From Haliotis cracherodii (lineage: Eukaryota), in NCBI RefSeq assembly GCF_022045235.1, contig NW_027266308.1, forward strand, positions 61,132,001-61,196,000: a DNA stretch of 64,000 nt, in the 5' to 3' direction. This document shows, one piece after another, positions 12,040 through 24,446 of the stretch. The translations under genes were made by a program, and so were the position numbers. Each line of letters begins with the position of its first letter. Position 1 is the stretch's first letter. The notes beneath the pieces are model-generated. The model was not told the origin of the DNA, did not search any database, and saw only the letters and a program-made list of their open reading frames with translations.

Positions 12040-15000
12040 TCAAATGGACTTGACAAACCCCCACAAAGACAGGGTAGAACTCAGAGTCTTCAAGCTGATG
12101 ATGCGTCGTCGATGTTGCCATCGCTGACAAAACAGAAGACGTCCTTGGAATGCCAGAATAATGATCACTATGACCACTGTTGCCATCAATAGATAGCCAA
12201 ATGTGTGTGATGGTGTGGGCCCCTAGTGAAAATAAAAAAACAAGTCATAGAGCGATCATTGATATAGATGTTACTATGAGTCACATAACATTTTATTTCA
12301 TACAAACTTAACCACACAAAATTTGGACAGTTCAAAGGAAAAATACTTTCTTGTTTTGCTTCATCTATGAAAGAAGTGATGCATCAATTCAGTGCAATTC
12401 CCTCATCCAATCGTAAGCCTTTTTGCTCAAAACACAGAACTTCCTCTCAAATAAGTGTTTTAAAGTCACAGTCGTAGTTGGCGGACTTATCAGTAACCAA
12501 GTTGATTTAGCATCAAAAGTGTCTGCTCCAAAGTGCAACATGACCTTTTGACAGTTCCATTAACAACTGATGACACAAAGTAAGGGGGATAACTCTAGAT
12601 GTACAATCAACATGTAGACGACATATTTAGTACATTTTCAACAGTACTGTAGAACTTCATAAAGGACCTCCAACATGTCAAACATCAAGCCATGTGCACC
12701 CTGAAAAATGTTGAACCTTGAAATGATACATACCTGTAGAGGTTGAAGATGTTGTTTTGTGATCAGGGTGTCTGTGGGCTTGTTGGATCTCCTGTGTTTC
12801 CAGTGGATCATGTAGTCGAACAGCGCGACGTACAGAGGATGGATCTCCGCTGTTTCATGCTGGGAATATAACAAGTTCAAAAATGCCAAAGGTACTATGA
12901 CTTTCAGCATGTTCAGATTATTTAAATTTTTCAAAGATAGATATTTCTAAAATCTAGATGACAGAATTTAACTTGACAATTGAAAGGTGAGATGACATGG
13001 GGTTTACATTGTGTCTAAGATTATTGTGCTAACATAGCGACGTGCATCCACGTGGATGTGGGTGTGGGTGTGGGTGTGGGTGTGGGTGTGGCTGCTTGTA
13101 CTAGTCCAAACTAATTTACTAGTGCTAGCCCACTGAGATACCGTGACGCAGTTTAATACTCCAAGCTGACCAGTCCTTGTTTTAGCCCCTTAATGCTGTG
13201 CGCCAGGCAAGGTAACAACAAGTACCATCTTTTAACTAACATCTTTTGGTATGACACAGCCAGGCATCAAACCACAAACCTTCCTAACTCCGGGCAGACG
13301 CTCTACCAGTAGACCACCGAGGTGGTCTGCAAATTGGAAAAGGAAGGGGGTTATTGTGCATTATGTTGCGTTAGGCACACTTATTAACAACCATGCCAAG
13401 TTCACACTTTACTTAAGAGGCATATAGAGAAATTACCCTCCCTATTTACAGTTGTGCATAAAAGTGGAACTAATTGTATTTAACTTTTCAAAATATTTTA
13501 ACCACAAATGGAGTAACGGTCGAGACTTCAACAATCAAGATGGTTGTGCTGATTAATTAGACAGGAGAGATACTCTATGGTTAACAATAATAACAACAAC
13601 AATAATAATAGGCAATCTAAACTGTGCTGTATTTCGAAACCGTGATGAAAGGCTTCACTATTAATACCCTGGTCAATGGATCAGTGTGCACTCGATTTCA
13701 TTCTCAGCTCCCTAAGGAGTATACAACCCAAGCTGCCTGTGAGAGACATTTCCATCTCATCCTACCAGGTACCCATTCACTGCTTGGTGAAACAGACACA
13801 TATTTCCAACAAAGTCCATCATTTCAGACAAACCTTCAAATCTTCACTGCGAGGGTTGAACTGGTCGAAGCAGCTGGCTCCAACATGTGTTGCACTGCCC
13901 CATAGCTCTATAGCTAAAGAAAAGGGAATCTACAAAAACAACATAGGTGAGAATATTTCAATACAGGTTTGAGAACATTTCATGTAATTTTGTCACAATG
14001 TTCACAAAAATTAAATCTTGCCTAACTACAATTAAGCTCCAAATAATTTTCATTGTCAGAAGCAAGTGCGGAAAAATGAATAAATCGTTAAAGTTGTAGC
14101 CCCACCTTGTTCAATAAATCGTCCGGCAGTAAGGAATAAATGAAGTTTCTTATTGATAACCAAACAGTAAGAAGGTGCATCCCCACATCAATACATGTAT
14201 TTTGCTGAGAATTCTCCGATTAGTCGACTTTTATCAAACTTTATCAAAATCTATCAAAAACAGATCCAGGAGGATCTGTAGTGCCCCTGAATTATGATGA
14301 AATAATGGCATCAATATTTAAAGTTGGATTGGAAATATGTGTGCAAGAAGTGCCAACAAATGTATTATATGTTATTCCACATACCACATACTTGCTACAT
14401 ACCAAATTTGATATTAATTACACATGGAGAAATGCCAAAGTCATTTACAAAAATGTAATTTTCAGTATGTCTTAAATTGGAAAAAAAAGTTGTGAGCATT
14501 TTTTAACAGACCACATAGCTGGAATCAATCATGTACAGTGTCAGCTTCATGGGCCTTGTAGATTCAGTGAGTGAGTGAGTTGGGTTTAATGCCTCTTTTA
14601 ACAGTATTCCAGTTATATCATGGTGTGTCAGCTTAATGTGGGAGGAAAGCCTGAAGTGATGCAGGTCTCAGACATTTACCACGTCGGTGAAACCCACGCG
14701 CACGGATATGGTGCTGACAAACCTAGAAACATAATCGGGGCGAACCAGGATTGGAACCCACAATCATAGGTTTCTTGCATGCCCAACTCTACACAGCGAA
14801 TCGCAGCGCCTTAGACGACTAGGCCACCCGTGCCCCCTTGTAGATTCAGAGGATATGTAAAAAATGTGAGAGTTAATGACGGACAATTTGCCAAGACTCA
14901 AGCTCATATCAGGCAAGCTAAATATTTCAGGCAAGGGGGCAAATAGTTTTGTAACTGATCAGATAGACACAATTTTTTATGGATAACAACTTCTTTAATA

Positions 15001-18000
15001 CTGTAAAAGGCGACGTTTCGGTATAGATCCTTATACCGTTGTCAAGCAAGACTGAATGAGGGACATAGTGTAGAATATATATAGCAAGTGGATGATAACA
15101 ATAGAGGATTAACAGTAACAACCCTTGTTGTTACTGTTAATCCTCTATTGTTATCATCCACCCGTCAACTTCTAAGTAATGCCTATCAAACAATTTGTAA
15201 CTGATCCTTGTACATTAACTGTGAAAGGATGTGATTCACATGAAGCACGAATGTTTGGTGGGACTATGTACATTATAAGTTGTCAACCGATCTCAAAGGG
15301 CATACTGCCTGATGTACCCTGTGTATGAATGAGTCTTTGTGCCCTGAGCCGTCGACAACAAATTATCTCACCGACATTCATTCATACAGACCCACAATTT
15401 ATGTCCGAAGTTTCACTGAGTAACTTTAGATTCACCATATTGACAGTTAGGACAACACAAATGAACAAAGTTACTTCACTTTACCCAATGCATGCGGATA
15501 AACATCGGTTCATTTCAGCTCAATGAAATTTATGCGAGATGAGCATGTTACCTAAGATGAGTCTGATTGATTTCTGATTTCGGGATACATGAGTGGACAT
15601 GGAAAATAATTGCCTGCTCTTTAAGTCAGAAGCCAGTGTTTTAATGTGAGGTGAGATAAGATGATTATGGCATGTGGCATTTATAGGCTTGGTACAAACT
15701 TGGTAAAACAAAAAAATACTTGATGGGGTGTGGTATTTAATGAGGAAGGGATGATAATAAACATATAATTTATTTTAGTCGGCCAAAGTGAGATAACTAA
15801 CCAACCAAACATGGTTGCAATAATGTTTCTCTCTTTTCTTGAGCAGTGTTGAGAGCTAGATATATAAAGTTAGCTATGTGTTTTCAAACAACACGGTTAG
15901 GGCTAGAGAATAACAATTTCAATTTTTATTTTGTTGGATGTTAGTAAACAGACTGGTTTTATCATGTTTATGAAATGGACATTAAAACAAAAGGGATATT
16001 CTGTTTCAACACATATGAGATGACAGACAAACAGCAATACATAAATAGCAGAGACATCAGACCAATCAATCACATACCTTCCTCTGTCCTGCCATGTAGT
16101 CAAAGGACGTCCCATCTGCTGTGTAGAACGTGAGATCCATCGCCTTCCCATACTGGTATTTGTGTCTGGTTGAGGAGGCGAGGCGTGCCGCTAACTCCTT
16201 GATGCTCCGTATGTTGGCTGGTTGTCTGTTGATGTTGTGGGAATGAGTATCTGGAACACACAGGTTCTACCTAGCACCTCACTAGAAATAGGATTAAAGA
16301 TGTCTTCCAACACGTAGTGGGTGTTGTCAGCCCATGGAGACAGAGTACCACCAGTCGTCAGGGAGAAGACACATCTGTCAAAATCTGGGCCAAGCAGGTT
16401 CCGAGTTGTACAATAATCATTGTTGTTATACCTCTATCATGTCCATTAAGAATCTTGCAATTCCATCGGTTAATCTGTACCACATGACGAAACAATAAAT
16501 TTCAATGTAGACCTCCATCTTCCCCTGCAAGGGACTTAACCGACTCTAAAATTCCAGTTTCCATCCTTGCCGAACTAGGATGGAATTTCATACCGCCACC
16601 AGTGGCTATTATGAGTAATGTCTCTTCTATGCCCTCCTATTGGCCAATCAGATTCCACCTCTAATTTCACTTGCATTTGCTTCAAACAAAATGGCAGCGC
16701 CCAGTCAAGACGTTCTGATCAATGATCAAGATCTATATTGTAATAAAATGGGTCTTACCTCGTAAAGTGCATCAAATCACGTGAGCACCTTGACTTAAAA
16801 CATGAAAAGATTTGGAAAATATCAGTTGCCCCAAGTTAAAGGTACCATCCTTTGCAAATCCTGCAGTCGGCTGAAATCTGCACATTGTTTACGAACCAGA
16901 TGTTGATTTCGTTATGTGATTTTGATTGAACTGTGCATAGACTTGTTAGTCCAGCCAAAATAAAACTCCATAATTCCAGCCTAGTTCGGCAAAGGAGGAA
17001 GCTGGACTTTTACAGTCAGTTAGCTCCCTTGCCTTGGAAAGATGGGCATGATCAGACTGGGACCACAATCAAGATAAGCTCAGAACAAATTTAAAAAATC
17101 AAAAATCAAATTATCTTGAAAAATTGGAACAACAACATAGAAATCATAACCATAGTGATCATGGTCATGATGATGTAACATCTTTAATACAGTGGAGAAC
17201 AAGGAGAACATCAAAGGATTTTACTCACCAGCAAAAGGTAAATAGATTTGTCTAATCCCTGAGTGAAACGAAATGAAGAGATCAAAGTGCAGTTCCTGAG
17301 TCAGGTGTTTGTATACAGTGCATTCAGGTTCTGAAATTTATAACATAAACAAGATAAACATGATAAAATAACAATTTAATCATGTTAATAGCAATTGAGA
17401 AGTCAACAAAGCAAATAAATAAATAAACATGATAAAACTAATCGCACATCTTAAAGTGACAACCATAATGGTCCCCTTATCATGATGATGTATATACTAT
17501 TCTCAAAACATTCTTAAGTCCAATTTTTTAAAACTAATGAACAAAAAGCCAGATCACTGATGATGCTGATCATGAATGCTGACACCTCTTTCATGATTCA
17601 AGTCACATTTCTTCAGGAGAAATAAAAAAACCTCTCTGTATTCATGATCAGGCACATCTACCATTTCTCTTAAGGTGGACTGGATAGCCTGCCAGTCTTA
17701 TCAGTAGAGGAGGTAATGCGTATGTGACACGTGTCCCCACCACTCGTACAAGTGACTACTTGAGAGTGGGTTACACATATGCGTGACTGCATGTACATGG
17801 ATAACAGATTTCTGCCTGTAGCACAAAAACGTGTCTACAAGTGTTATTTATTAAACTAATAAAACAAAATTGAGTACACCTCTAGTATATCTAGATATTT
17901 TTTATATTTATATACTTATCCTGCATTACTCCATAATGCATTTACTGCTTTCTTTTGACAGAAACGAAGCTGTGATGGGTCCAGCTGATGAGAAAAAAGT

Positions 18001-18823
18001 TGCCACATCATACCAGCAGTGGTGACGTCACGGAATCTCCATATTACTACTAGTCACCTGACAGACAAGTTAAACCAATAAATGCATTAAGGAGTAATGC
18101 AGGATAAGTTAAAAAGTACTGATAGTTTTACCAGTTATTACCTGAGAAAGCATGGGGTCCTCTATATTCCTCATCATTAGGATCAGCCGAGCTCCCCTTC
18201 TTTGCATACTCCCAGTCAAAGTTCCTATTGAGATCAACGCCAGTGCTGGTTCCCCTCCAACAGTAATTGTGGGAGTGTTCGACATGCACGCGTCCATCTG
18301 GGTTAGCCATCACTATGATGTGTAGGTCAGTGCTGGACAGTACATGTCTGGAATACACTTCCTCATAACTACCAGGTGTTGACCGAAGTCCACCAGTGAG
18401 GTTCCTCAACAGGTGGAACATACTTTCAACTGGGAAGAATTCTCGAGCATGCTCACCGTATGATAACAACATTTTGACCTTTCTTCCAACCTTCTGGTTG
18501 GGGTCTGTGTTCAGTGTGAAGTTGGTGATGTGGAGAAGCATCTGTGGTTTGCCCAGCCTTGAGTTGTACTTCCAGTCAATCTTCATGAAGTTGGGGTACC
18601 GAAAAAGCAGCTGCTGAACATCTTTTTGTATGGAAGTCAAGTTGTGATATATGGAATAGTCAGGAATGTACACTTCCTTCTGCGGCTCCACGTCTATTGT
18701 GTCTGCGGTGTTCCATTCGCAGAGGAATGTGAGGACCCCAATCAACATCAAACCACACACATTTGGAGGACTGCTGGCAGGTGCCTTTCTTGTCAGAGAT
18801 TCTTTTTTATGAAAAGGAGCCAT
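12040..18823 (-). CDS. M14-family zinc carboxypeptidase (CPA-like), N-terminal hydrophobic segment plus C-terminal transmembrane helix, 6 coding exons, 453 aa
   Basis: Exons (minus): 18823-18142, 17330-17229, 16250-16078, 13929-13834, 12859-12734, 12222-12040. All GT-AG, phases join, total 1362 nt. Motifs: GEHARE (Zn ligands HxxE), NPDG, WR, GVDLNRNF, YRGPHAFSEPE, SFHSG (third Zn ligand), YTADGTSFDY, FSLAIELW (catalytic Glu). Ends FGYLLMATVVIVIIILAF plus a basic tail. An acceptor at 18838-18839 implies an unlocated upstream 5' exon. Confidence 0.9.
12990..13327 (-). mobile_element. SINE family D with internal (GTGTGG)n
   Basis: Reverse-complement match to family D. Confidence 0.8.
14568..14836 (-). 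mobile_element. SINE family A in a carboxypeptidase intron
   Basis: Nearly full length; perfect TSD (CC)TTGTAGATTCAG. Confidence 0.9.
15088..15161. repeat. Perfect 35-bp-stem hairpin
   Basis: GTGGATGATAACAATAGAGGATTAACAGTAACAAC-CCTT-exact reverse complement. Confidence 0.95.
16515..17045. mobile_element. MITE (~530 bp), copy 2, in a carboxypeptidase intron
   Basis: Colinear with 8004-8533, same TIRs. Confidence 0.8.
17914..18109. mobile_element. Small TIR element
   Basis: ACTTATCCTGCATTACTCC(A/T)TAATGCATTTA inverted repeat of about 31 bp at both ends. Confidence 0.7.
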
Positions 18824-19022
18824 GATGGTATCATCCTCTGGAAAAAAAAAAAAAAGTCTGACATTTTACGTACCTAGGAATGGTGTAGGATCAAGTATCT
18901 GGTTAATCCCTAATGGATAAATATTTCTATTTAAAAAATGCATATGAAACACATTTAGGCCTAATGACCTGTTAGTTAATTTGGGATCAGGCTAAAGCTG
19001 TATGATTTCAAACAACACAAAA

Positions 19023-20268
19023 AGTGCAAAAATGGCACCAAATCAGCGAAAATGGCACCAAATCGGCTAAAATGGCACAACATTTATAATATACTTCAGG
19101 AAGTTGAGAAAAGTGATATTTTCATTGCAGTGAACATAACACTTCAATGGAACTATTGTCATACAAGAGTTAACTCATCTCAAATTGTCTCCCTTTAATT
19201 GTAAAAATAAAATTCTGGTAGAAAACTACACAAAAAGTATATAATAATATATATCATTTGGTATATACGCAAAGTAAACACTATTTTACCATTCAACATA
19301 CATTTATTTATCCTATGTCCCGTGTCTTAATGACATTTAATCCAATCATACTATTCAACACACATTCAACACAAAGAATATTCTGCGATAATGTTGCCAA
19401 CATTAAAACAATTCACACTATTCCATGTATTCATTGTATTCAACATAGTCAACATTTTTTGACTCAAACATAAATGTTAACAAATGTTACTATATTCAAC
19501 ACTCTGGACAGGCTCTCAACAATCTTGAATGCATCATCTAAAAACCTCTGGCCACTCCTACTTAATTGTTTAATTGCCAGTCATTGGCCAAAATATTTTC
19601 GCTTGCCTGTAAAACAAAAATAAAATTACTTTAACTAATATCGCACCAATTGTCTGCCAGCAGTCTCTTTTATTGATAAAGAAACAAACTATTACCAGCT
19701 TACTGTTGAATGATCAGATTCAACAAAAATAATTGAGCAAAGAATCACAGAATAATTGTTGGAAATAAGTGCATCTTATGTATCATGGCATGAGTGTGAC
19801 TACAGGACAGATTGTTGCAAATAAAAATGATGCTGAATGTGAATCTGATACTATTGTGTGTGTAAATCTAGAATAAACATCTATCTTCATTATCCGTCAT
19901 AAAGAAAGGTTCACTTGAATTAATGGCTAGAATATGAGATATGTACCCCTAATATTTCCGTTTTATTGATTCAGTAGTACATAGTACATGATAGTATGGT
20001 CAGATCATAGGTTTTCGAACATCATACATCTTCGGACAACCAAGTTTATCACGATTTCTTGCGCTATAACAAGGGGTGTGGGGTCACAGACGTTGTAAAT
20101 ACTCAAATGATGACCTGTGTTCACGATATAGTCGTCTTTCATAAGTGAGTGAAATGTTTTACAGATGTTCTTGTGATTCCTTAAGAGGCCAAAAACCAAT
20201 AACATGGGAATATAACAATAGCATAAAAGTCCGGTGCCGTTTTCGCCAATCTGGTGCCGTATTGACAC
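19023..20268. mobile_element. Second decayed MULE-like element with the same AAAA(C/T)GGCACC subterminal repeats
   Basis: Left GTGCAAAAATGGCACCAAATCAGCGAAAATGGCACC is inverted relative to right GGTGCCGTTTTCGCCAATCTGGTGCCGTATTGACAC; ends approximate. Confidence 0.45.
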
Positions 20269-22268
20269 TGCTGTTTCAGCAAGTATTTTAAGTACAGTGG
20301 AAGTCTATACGAAAACCACAACAAACACACAAGAATAGAGAACGTTACAAAAACAACCGGAACGACTAAGAACAACCAGTCACATTTGCGATAATATGAC
20401 TATTATGACGTGTAGGCTATAAGCTCACGAACAACTGTTTATTTTTTACACATGTGTCAGTCCACAGTAAGACGGTTTGATCGCTTCAGTAAAATTTTCG
20501 ACGAGGAACAAACTAAACTGACAAGTAACCATAAAACATTGAAAAAGACACAACAATATATCATCAAATGATTCTTTTTCACTAGAGTGACATCGGAATC
20601 TGAAGAAAGGATTACCCAAATGTCTCATTGGCAGGTTTGTTGACAACTCACACACCGGAAGCGACTACTCAGTAGTAAAGTTGTCATACTTGGTTTCGTA
20701 TTCTGATTTCATCTTCATCAGACAAATGGCATTTAGTAATATTAGCGACAATAAAATATTCAGTTTGTATCATAATATAATTTAGAAGTTCTCTTTTAGT
20801 AGCAGTGTTAAAAAGTACATTCTATGTTTCGTTTTATGAATGCATACGAGACTAAATCAATATACCTTTACCAACATGGCTGCGCCCATGTATATATATC
20901 GAAATCGGTTCTGGGGGAAGGAAAAATTGAGTGTAATAATAAAATAATTCCAATATTGCATTGAAGTTCTTCTCAATGCTGAGAAAAATGAAGTCCGACA
21001 ACTGGTAGTCTAGATCACATCTTTTGTGTACCCCTCTGACAAGTGTAAATTAATACTAAATTGGCACGGCTCCCATGGCCGAAAGCTGAGTGGGTTAGAT
21101 CGCAGACTTTGTGTGCTGGCTTTTAGATGCTTCTCTCGAGGTGCGGGGGTACGAAATCCTGGATCGGACTCAACCCAGAAAGGTTCTAGAATCTGTAAAC
21201 ACAATTGGTGAAAAAATCGTCATGACACATAACTGTTGAAGGCAACGAACGCAAAGAGAACCGCCTTGGAACTGGTTACGTAACGGTTTGTTGTACACTT
21301 TTAATTTCAGGCTGGTTACTGCACACGATGATTGATTGCCAAATCTGTGTCATTGAATGGTAAGTGTGCCATTCACAACATTGGGTGCAGGCTCAAACGG
21401 CACCTCAGCAAAACGTCACCGATTTCTAGGCGAAAACGGCACCTCTATTTTTAATAACAATAAAAACGATTTATGTAGTAGTATATATTACTTATTTACA
21501 CTTTATTTGTATTGTCATTTCCTGTTTTCCAGTTATTCACAGATAACTATTGGCATAGACATATATACAGTTCTTCAAACTTTTCATCATCTTGGTCTTC
21601 TTCAGTCTGGCTACAGAAAGTCTGGTACCACATAAGAATGGGTCCACAGGTCACAGTTGCCACATGATATAGCATGTTAATTTTTCTTACATTCTTCTCG
21701 CATGCAACACATCAAAAGGCCGTTGTGAATCATTGTGATCTGACAACACCATGTTAGGCCTCTTAATACAGTTTCAGCTTGAAGTTGAGTTAATTTGAGT
21801 AAAGGTACATAAAACTTCAAAGCATATAATGTTTTCACAATAAGTTAGTTGCACCTCCCAATCAGAATTGGCGAGTAAATTGGAGTAGGGGCTAATTTTT
21901 TATGTAAACTTGTTTTAACATTTTACAATTATTTGTGTTTATGAGTTAAAGGGTTGGGCTGGGTAACTTGGGTACTCGGTTCGGGTGGGTACTGAGAAGG
22001 ACCCAGGTACCCACAGGACTACCCAGACCCATGGTTAGTCATGTGATATAGTTTAATAACAAAAATGATCAAAAACTATTATGGTTACACTACAACTCAC
22101 TAATGTTCACATTTCTTTCTGGCTATGCATCCATTCCTTCTTTTCAATAAAGATAAATCTTCAGTCACCTTCAGTGTATGCATGACCAGATCGTTTTATA
22201 CGTGTATCTAAATACATTTTGTCCAGGGCTACGGTCATACTATTCCCAATCATTACATTTTGTACCTA

Positions 22269-23562
22269 CGAGGGGTGTTCATTAAAGATTTACCCTGACC
22301 CACTTCCGATGGACCTAGTGGAATGAAACTTGGCATAGGTATTAGTCTTTCTCCACATAGGAACCACCAAGAGTTACACACTTCTCCCATCGTTTTATGC
22401 AACTATGGAGACCTCGCTTGTAAAAGCCCTCATTTTGCGTCTCAAACCAGGACTTGACTTCAGAAATCAGTGTTTCATCATCTGTGAAACGTTTTCCCTT
22501 CAAAAATGACTTCATGGTTGGAAAGAGGTGGAAGTCAGATGCTGCAAGGTCAGGAGAGTAAGGAGGATGTGGAAGGATTTCATAGCCACAGGACCGCGCT
22601 TCTGTCTGGGCAACATGAGAGTTGTGTACTGGAGCATTGTCTTGCAGGAGATGGACACCCTTGGTCAGCATGCCACACCTCTTAAGCTTGATAGCGTCCC
22701 GCAATTTCCGCAGCAGTGAAGCATAATAAGCTCCTGTAATTGTGGTACCCTTTGCCAAGAAATCCATCATCACTACTCCGTGCTGGTCCCAAAACACCTT
22801 GAGCATGACCTTGCCTGCAGAGGGTTGGACATGTGCCTTCTTTGGGGGTGGTGACTCCACATGCTTCCATTGCATCGACTGAAGTTTAGTCTCAGGATCA
22901 AAGTGATGGACCCATGTTTCATCCTGTGTGATAAGTCTGTCAAAAAAGTTTGCCTGTTTTTTTTGGCACATGTCCAAAACATCCTTTGAGCAATTGACTC
23001 GTTCCTGCTTTTGGAAAGGTGAGAGCAACCTGGAAATCTATCGTGCAGACACCTTATGCATGTTCAAATTGTCATGGATGATTTTTTCCACAGACCCTAC
23101 ACTGATCTTGACATCTTGTGCTAACTGGCGAACAGGTATACGTCGGTCTGCCAAAATGGCGGTCTCCACTTGATGGATAGTGTCCTCATCAATGGCTGAA
23201 TGGGGGCGACCAGGAATGGCAGCTGTTTCCACAGATGTCCGACCACACTTGAACTGTCGATACCAGTGTTTAACAACGTCATATGATGGGGCATCTTCCC
23301 CATAAGTTGCTTTCATTTCATGGAAAGTTTCTTTTGGTGTGCGACCTTTCAAATATAAAAACCTAATCACTGCTCGGTATTCTGCTGGCTCCATTGTCAC
23401 ACCCTACTCGATCATAACACCTGTAAAAGTGGTAAGATTAATACTTCAGTGCTGCAAACTCAGACATAACCCATAGATACATGTATAATTACACATGTGA
23501 AATTTCAACCAAATATCATAACCCTAAGTGGTTTAGGGGAAATCTTTAATGAACACCCCTCG
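22269..23562 (-). mobile_element. Full-length mariner (DD34D) transposon, irritans-like, 1294 bp
   Basis: 37-bp TIRs CGAGGGGTGTTCATTAAAGATTT(A/C)CCCT(G/A)A(C/A)CCACTT with 3 mismatches; TA target duplication on both sides; transposase gene inside. Confidence 0.95.
22342..23400 (-). pseudogene. Mariner transposase with a single in-frame TAG
   Basis: ORFs 23038-23400 (HTH domain) and 22342-23028 (TQDETW...QDNAPVH-x34-YSPDLAASD) are in the same frame. The stop at 23040-23038 sits at the Trp of the SAR-W-(V/I)(P/S)RLL motif. Confidence 0.9.
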
Positions 23563-24105
23563 TATCTATTGAGACCTACAGCGGATATCCGGGTAGGGTT
23601 GGGTAATAGGATGGATACCCGGGTAGTACCGCAAATTTGGACTCGTCCCATCTCTAATAAGTGACAATGTGAGTTAAATTTTATTTTGCTTCAAAGCATT
23701 TTGTTTTCACAATAAGCTGAGTAGTGTATAGGCTAGGTTGGAATACAGTTGAAATAGAGGCTAATTTCTAATGTAAAATTGTTTGAATATTTCACAATTA
23801 TTGTTGTTTGTAAGTGACCATGTGAGTTTAATTTCATTTTTTTCATCAGTACCAAGGTAAAAAACAAATAAGGTGCCATTTTCGCCAAGCAATAGTAGAT
23901 GATTTCACTTGAGACGAAGTGACGTTTTCGCAAATCAGTGCCGTTTTCACCTGGTGATGTTTTGCTGAGGTGTCATTTTAGCTATAACCCCATAACAATG
24001 GCCCCTTTCTTTAAACTGCTGTAATGACACGAGTTGTTATGAATGTGTCGTGTGGGTGTGGTAGTGCAGTGATCAACTGACTGCAATATATATATATATA
24101 TACGA

Positions 24106-24446
24106 GACAGCCTCCATGCTCTAGTGGTAGAGTGTCCGCCCGAAGAGCGGAAGGTCCGGGGTTCGATGCCGTGTCATACCAAAATACATTAAAAGATGGT
24201 GCTTGTTGTTACCCTGTCTGGCATTCGGCATTAAGGGGCTAAAACAAAGAATGGTCGGCTCGGAGTCGGTATACTGTGTCTGAGTGGGGTATTCATGTTA
24301 AACTGTGTCATAGTATCTCAATGAGCTAGCACTATAAATTGGCATCAGTCCGGAATAGTACAAGCAGACACACACACACGTGCATTCATGCCGCTATATA
24401 AGTGCAATAATCTTGGACGAGACGTTAAACCCAATTTCGCCTCACC
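24106..24446 (+). mobile_element. tRNA-derived SINE family D (Meta-domain-like central region, internal microsatellite)
   Basis: Head CTAGTGGTAGAGTGTCCGCC...GGTTCGAT; central GTCATACCAAAA.AC.TTAAAAGATGGT.CTTG...GGCATTAAGGGG resembles the MetaSINE domain (from memory, not aligned); GAGCTAGCACTATAAA; tail GACGTTAAACCCAATTTC.CCTCACC. Confidence 0.8.

Larger units (their letters stand above)
21949..23656. mobile_element. Non-autonomous hAT-like element hosting the mariner
   Basis: Degenerate TAGGGCTGGGACG-type termini (left AAGGGTTGGGCTGGGTAAC, right ACTCGTCCCATCTCTA), GGGTA/TACCC subterminal repeats, degenerate 8-bp TSD ATGAGTTA/ATAAGTGA. The left ~90 bp matches the reverse complement of 36058-36150. 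Confidence 0.6.
21383..23990. mobile_element. MULE/Mutator-like element (outer shell of the nested insertion) with PHD-finger remnant
   Basis: ~38-bp TIRs GGGT..A.GCT.AAA(C/T)G(G/A)CACCTCAGCAAAAC(G/A)TCACC; degenerate 9-bp TSD CACAACATT/CATAACAAT; AAAA(C/T)GGCACC subterminal repeats; frameshifted PHD remnant at 21620-21711 (-). Confidence 0.6.

Noticed and set aside
22342-23400. SETMAR or other domesticated transposase gene
   Set aside because: No SET domain; TIRs and TA duplication are intact and there is an internal stop, so it is an ordinary mariner copy.
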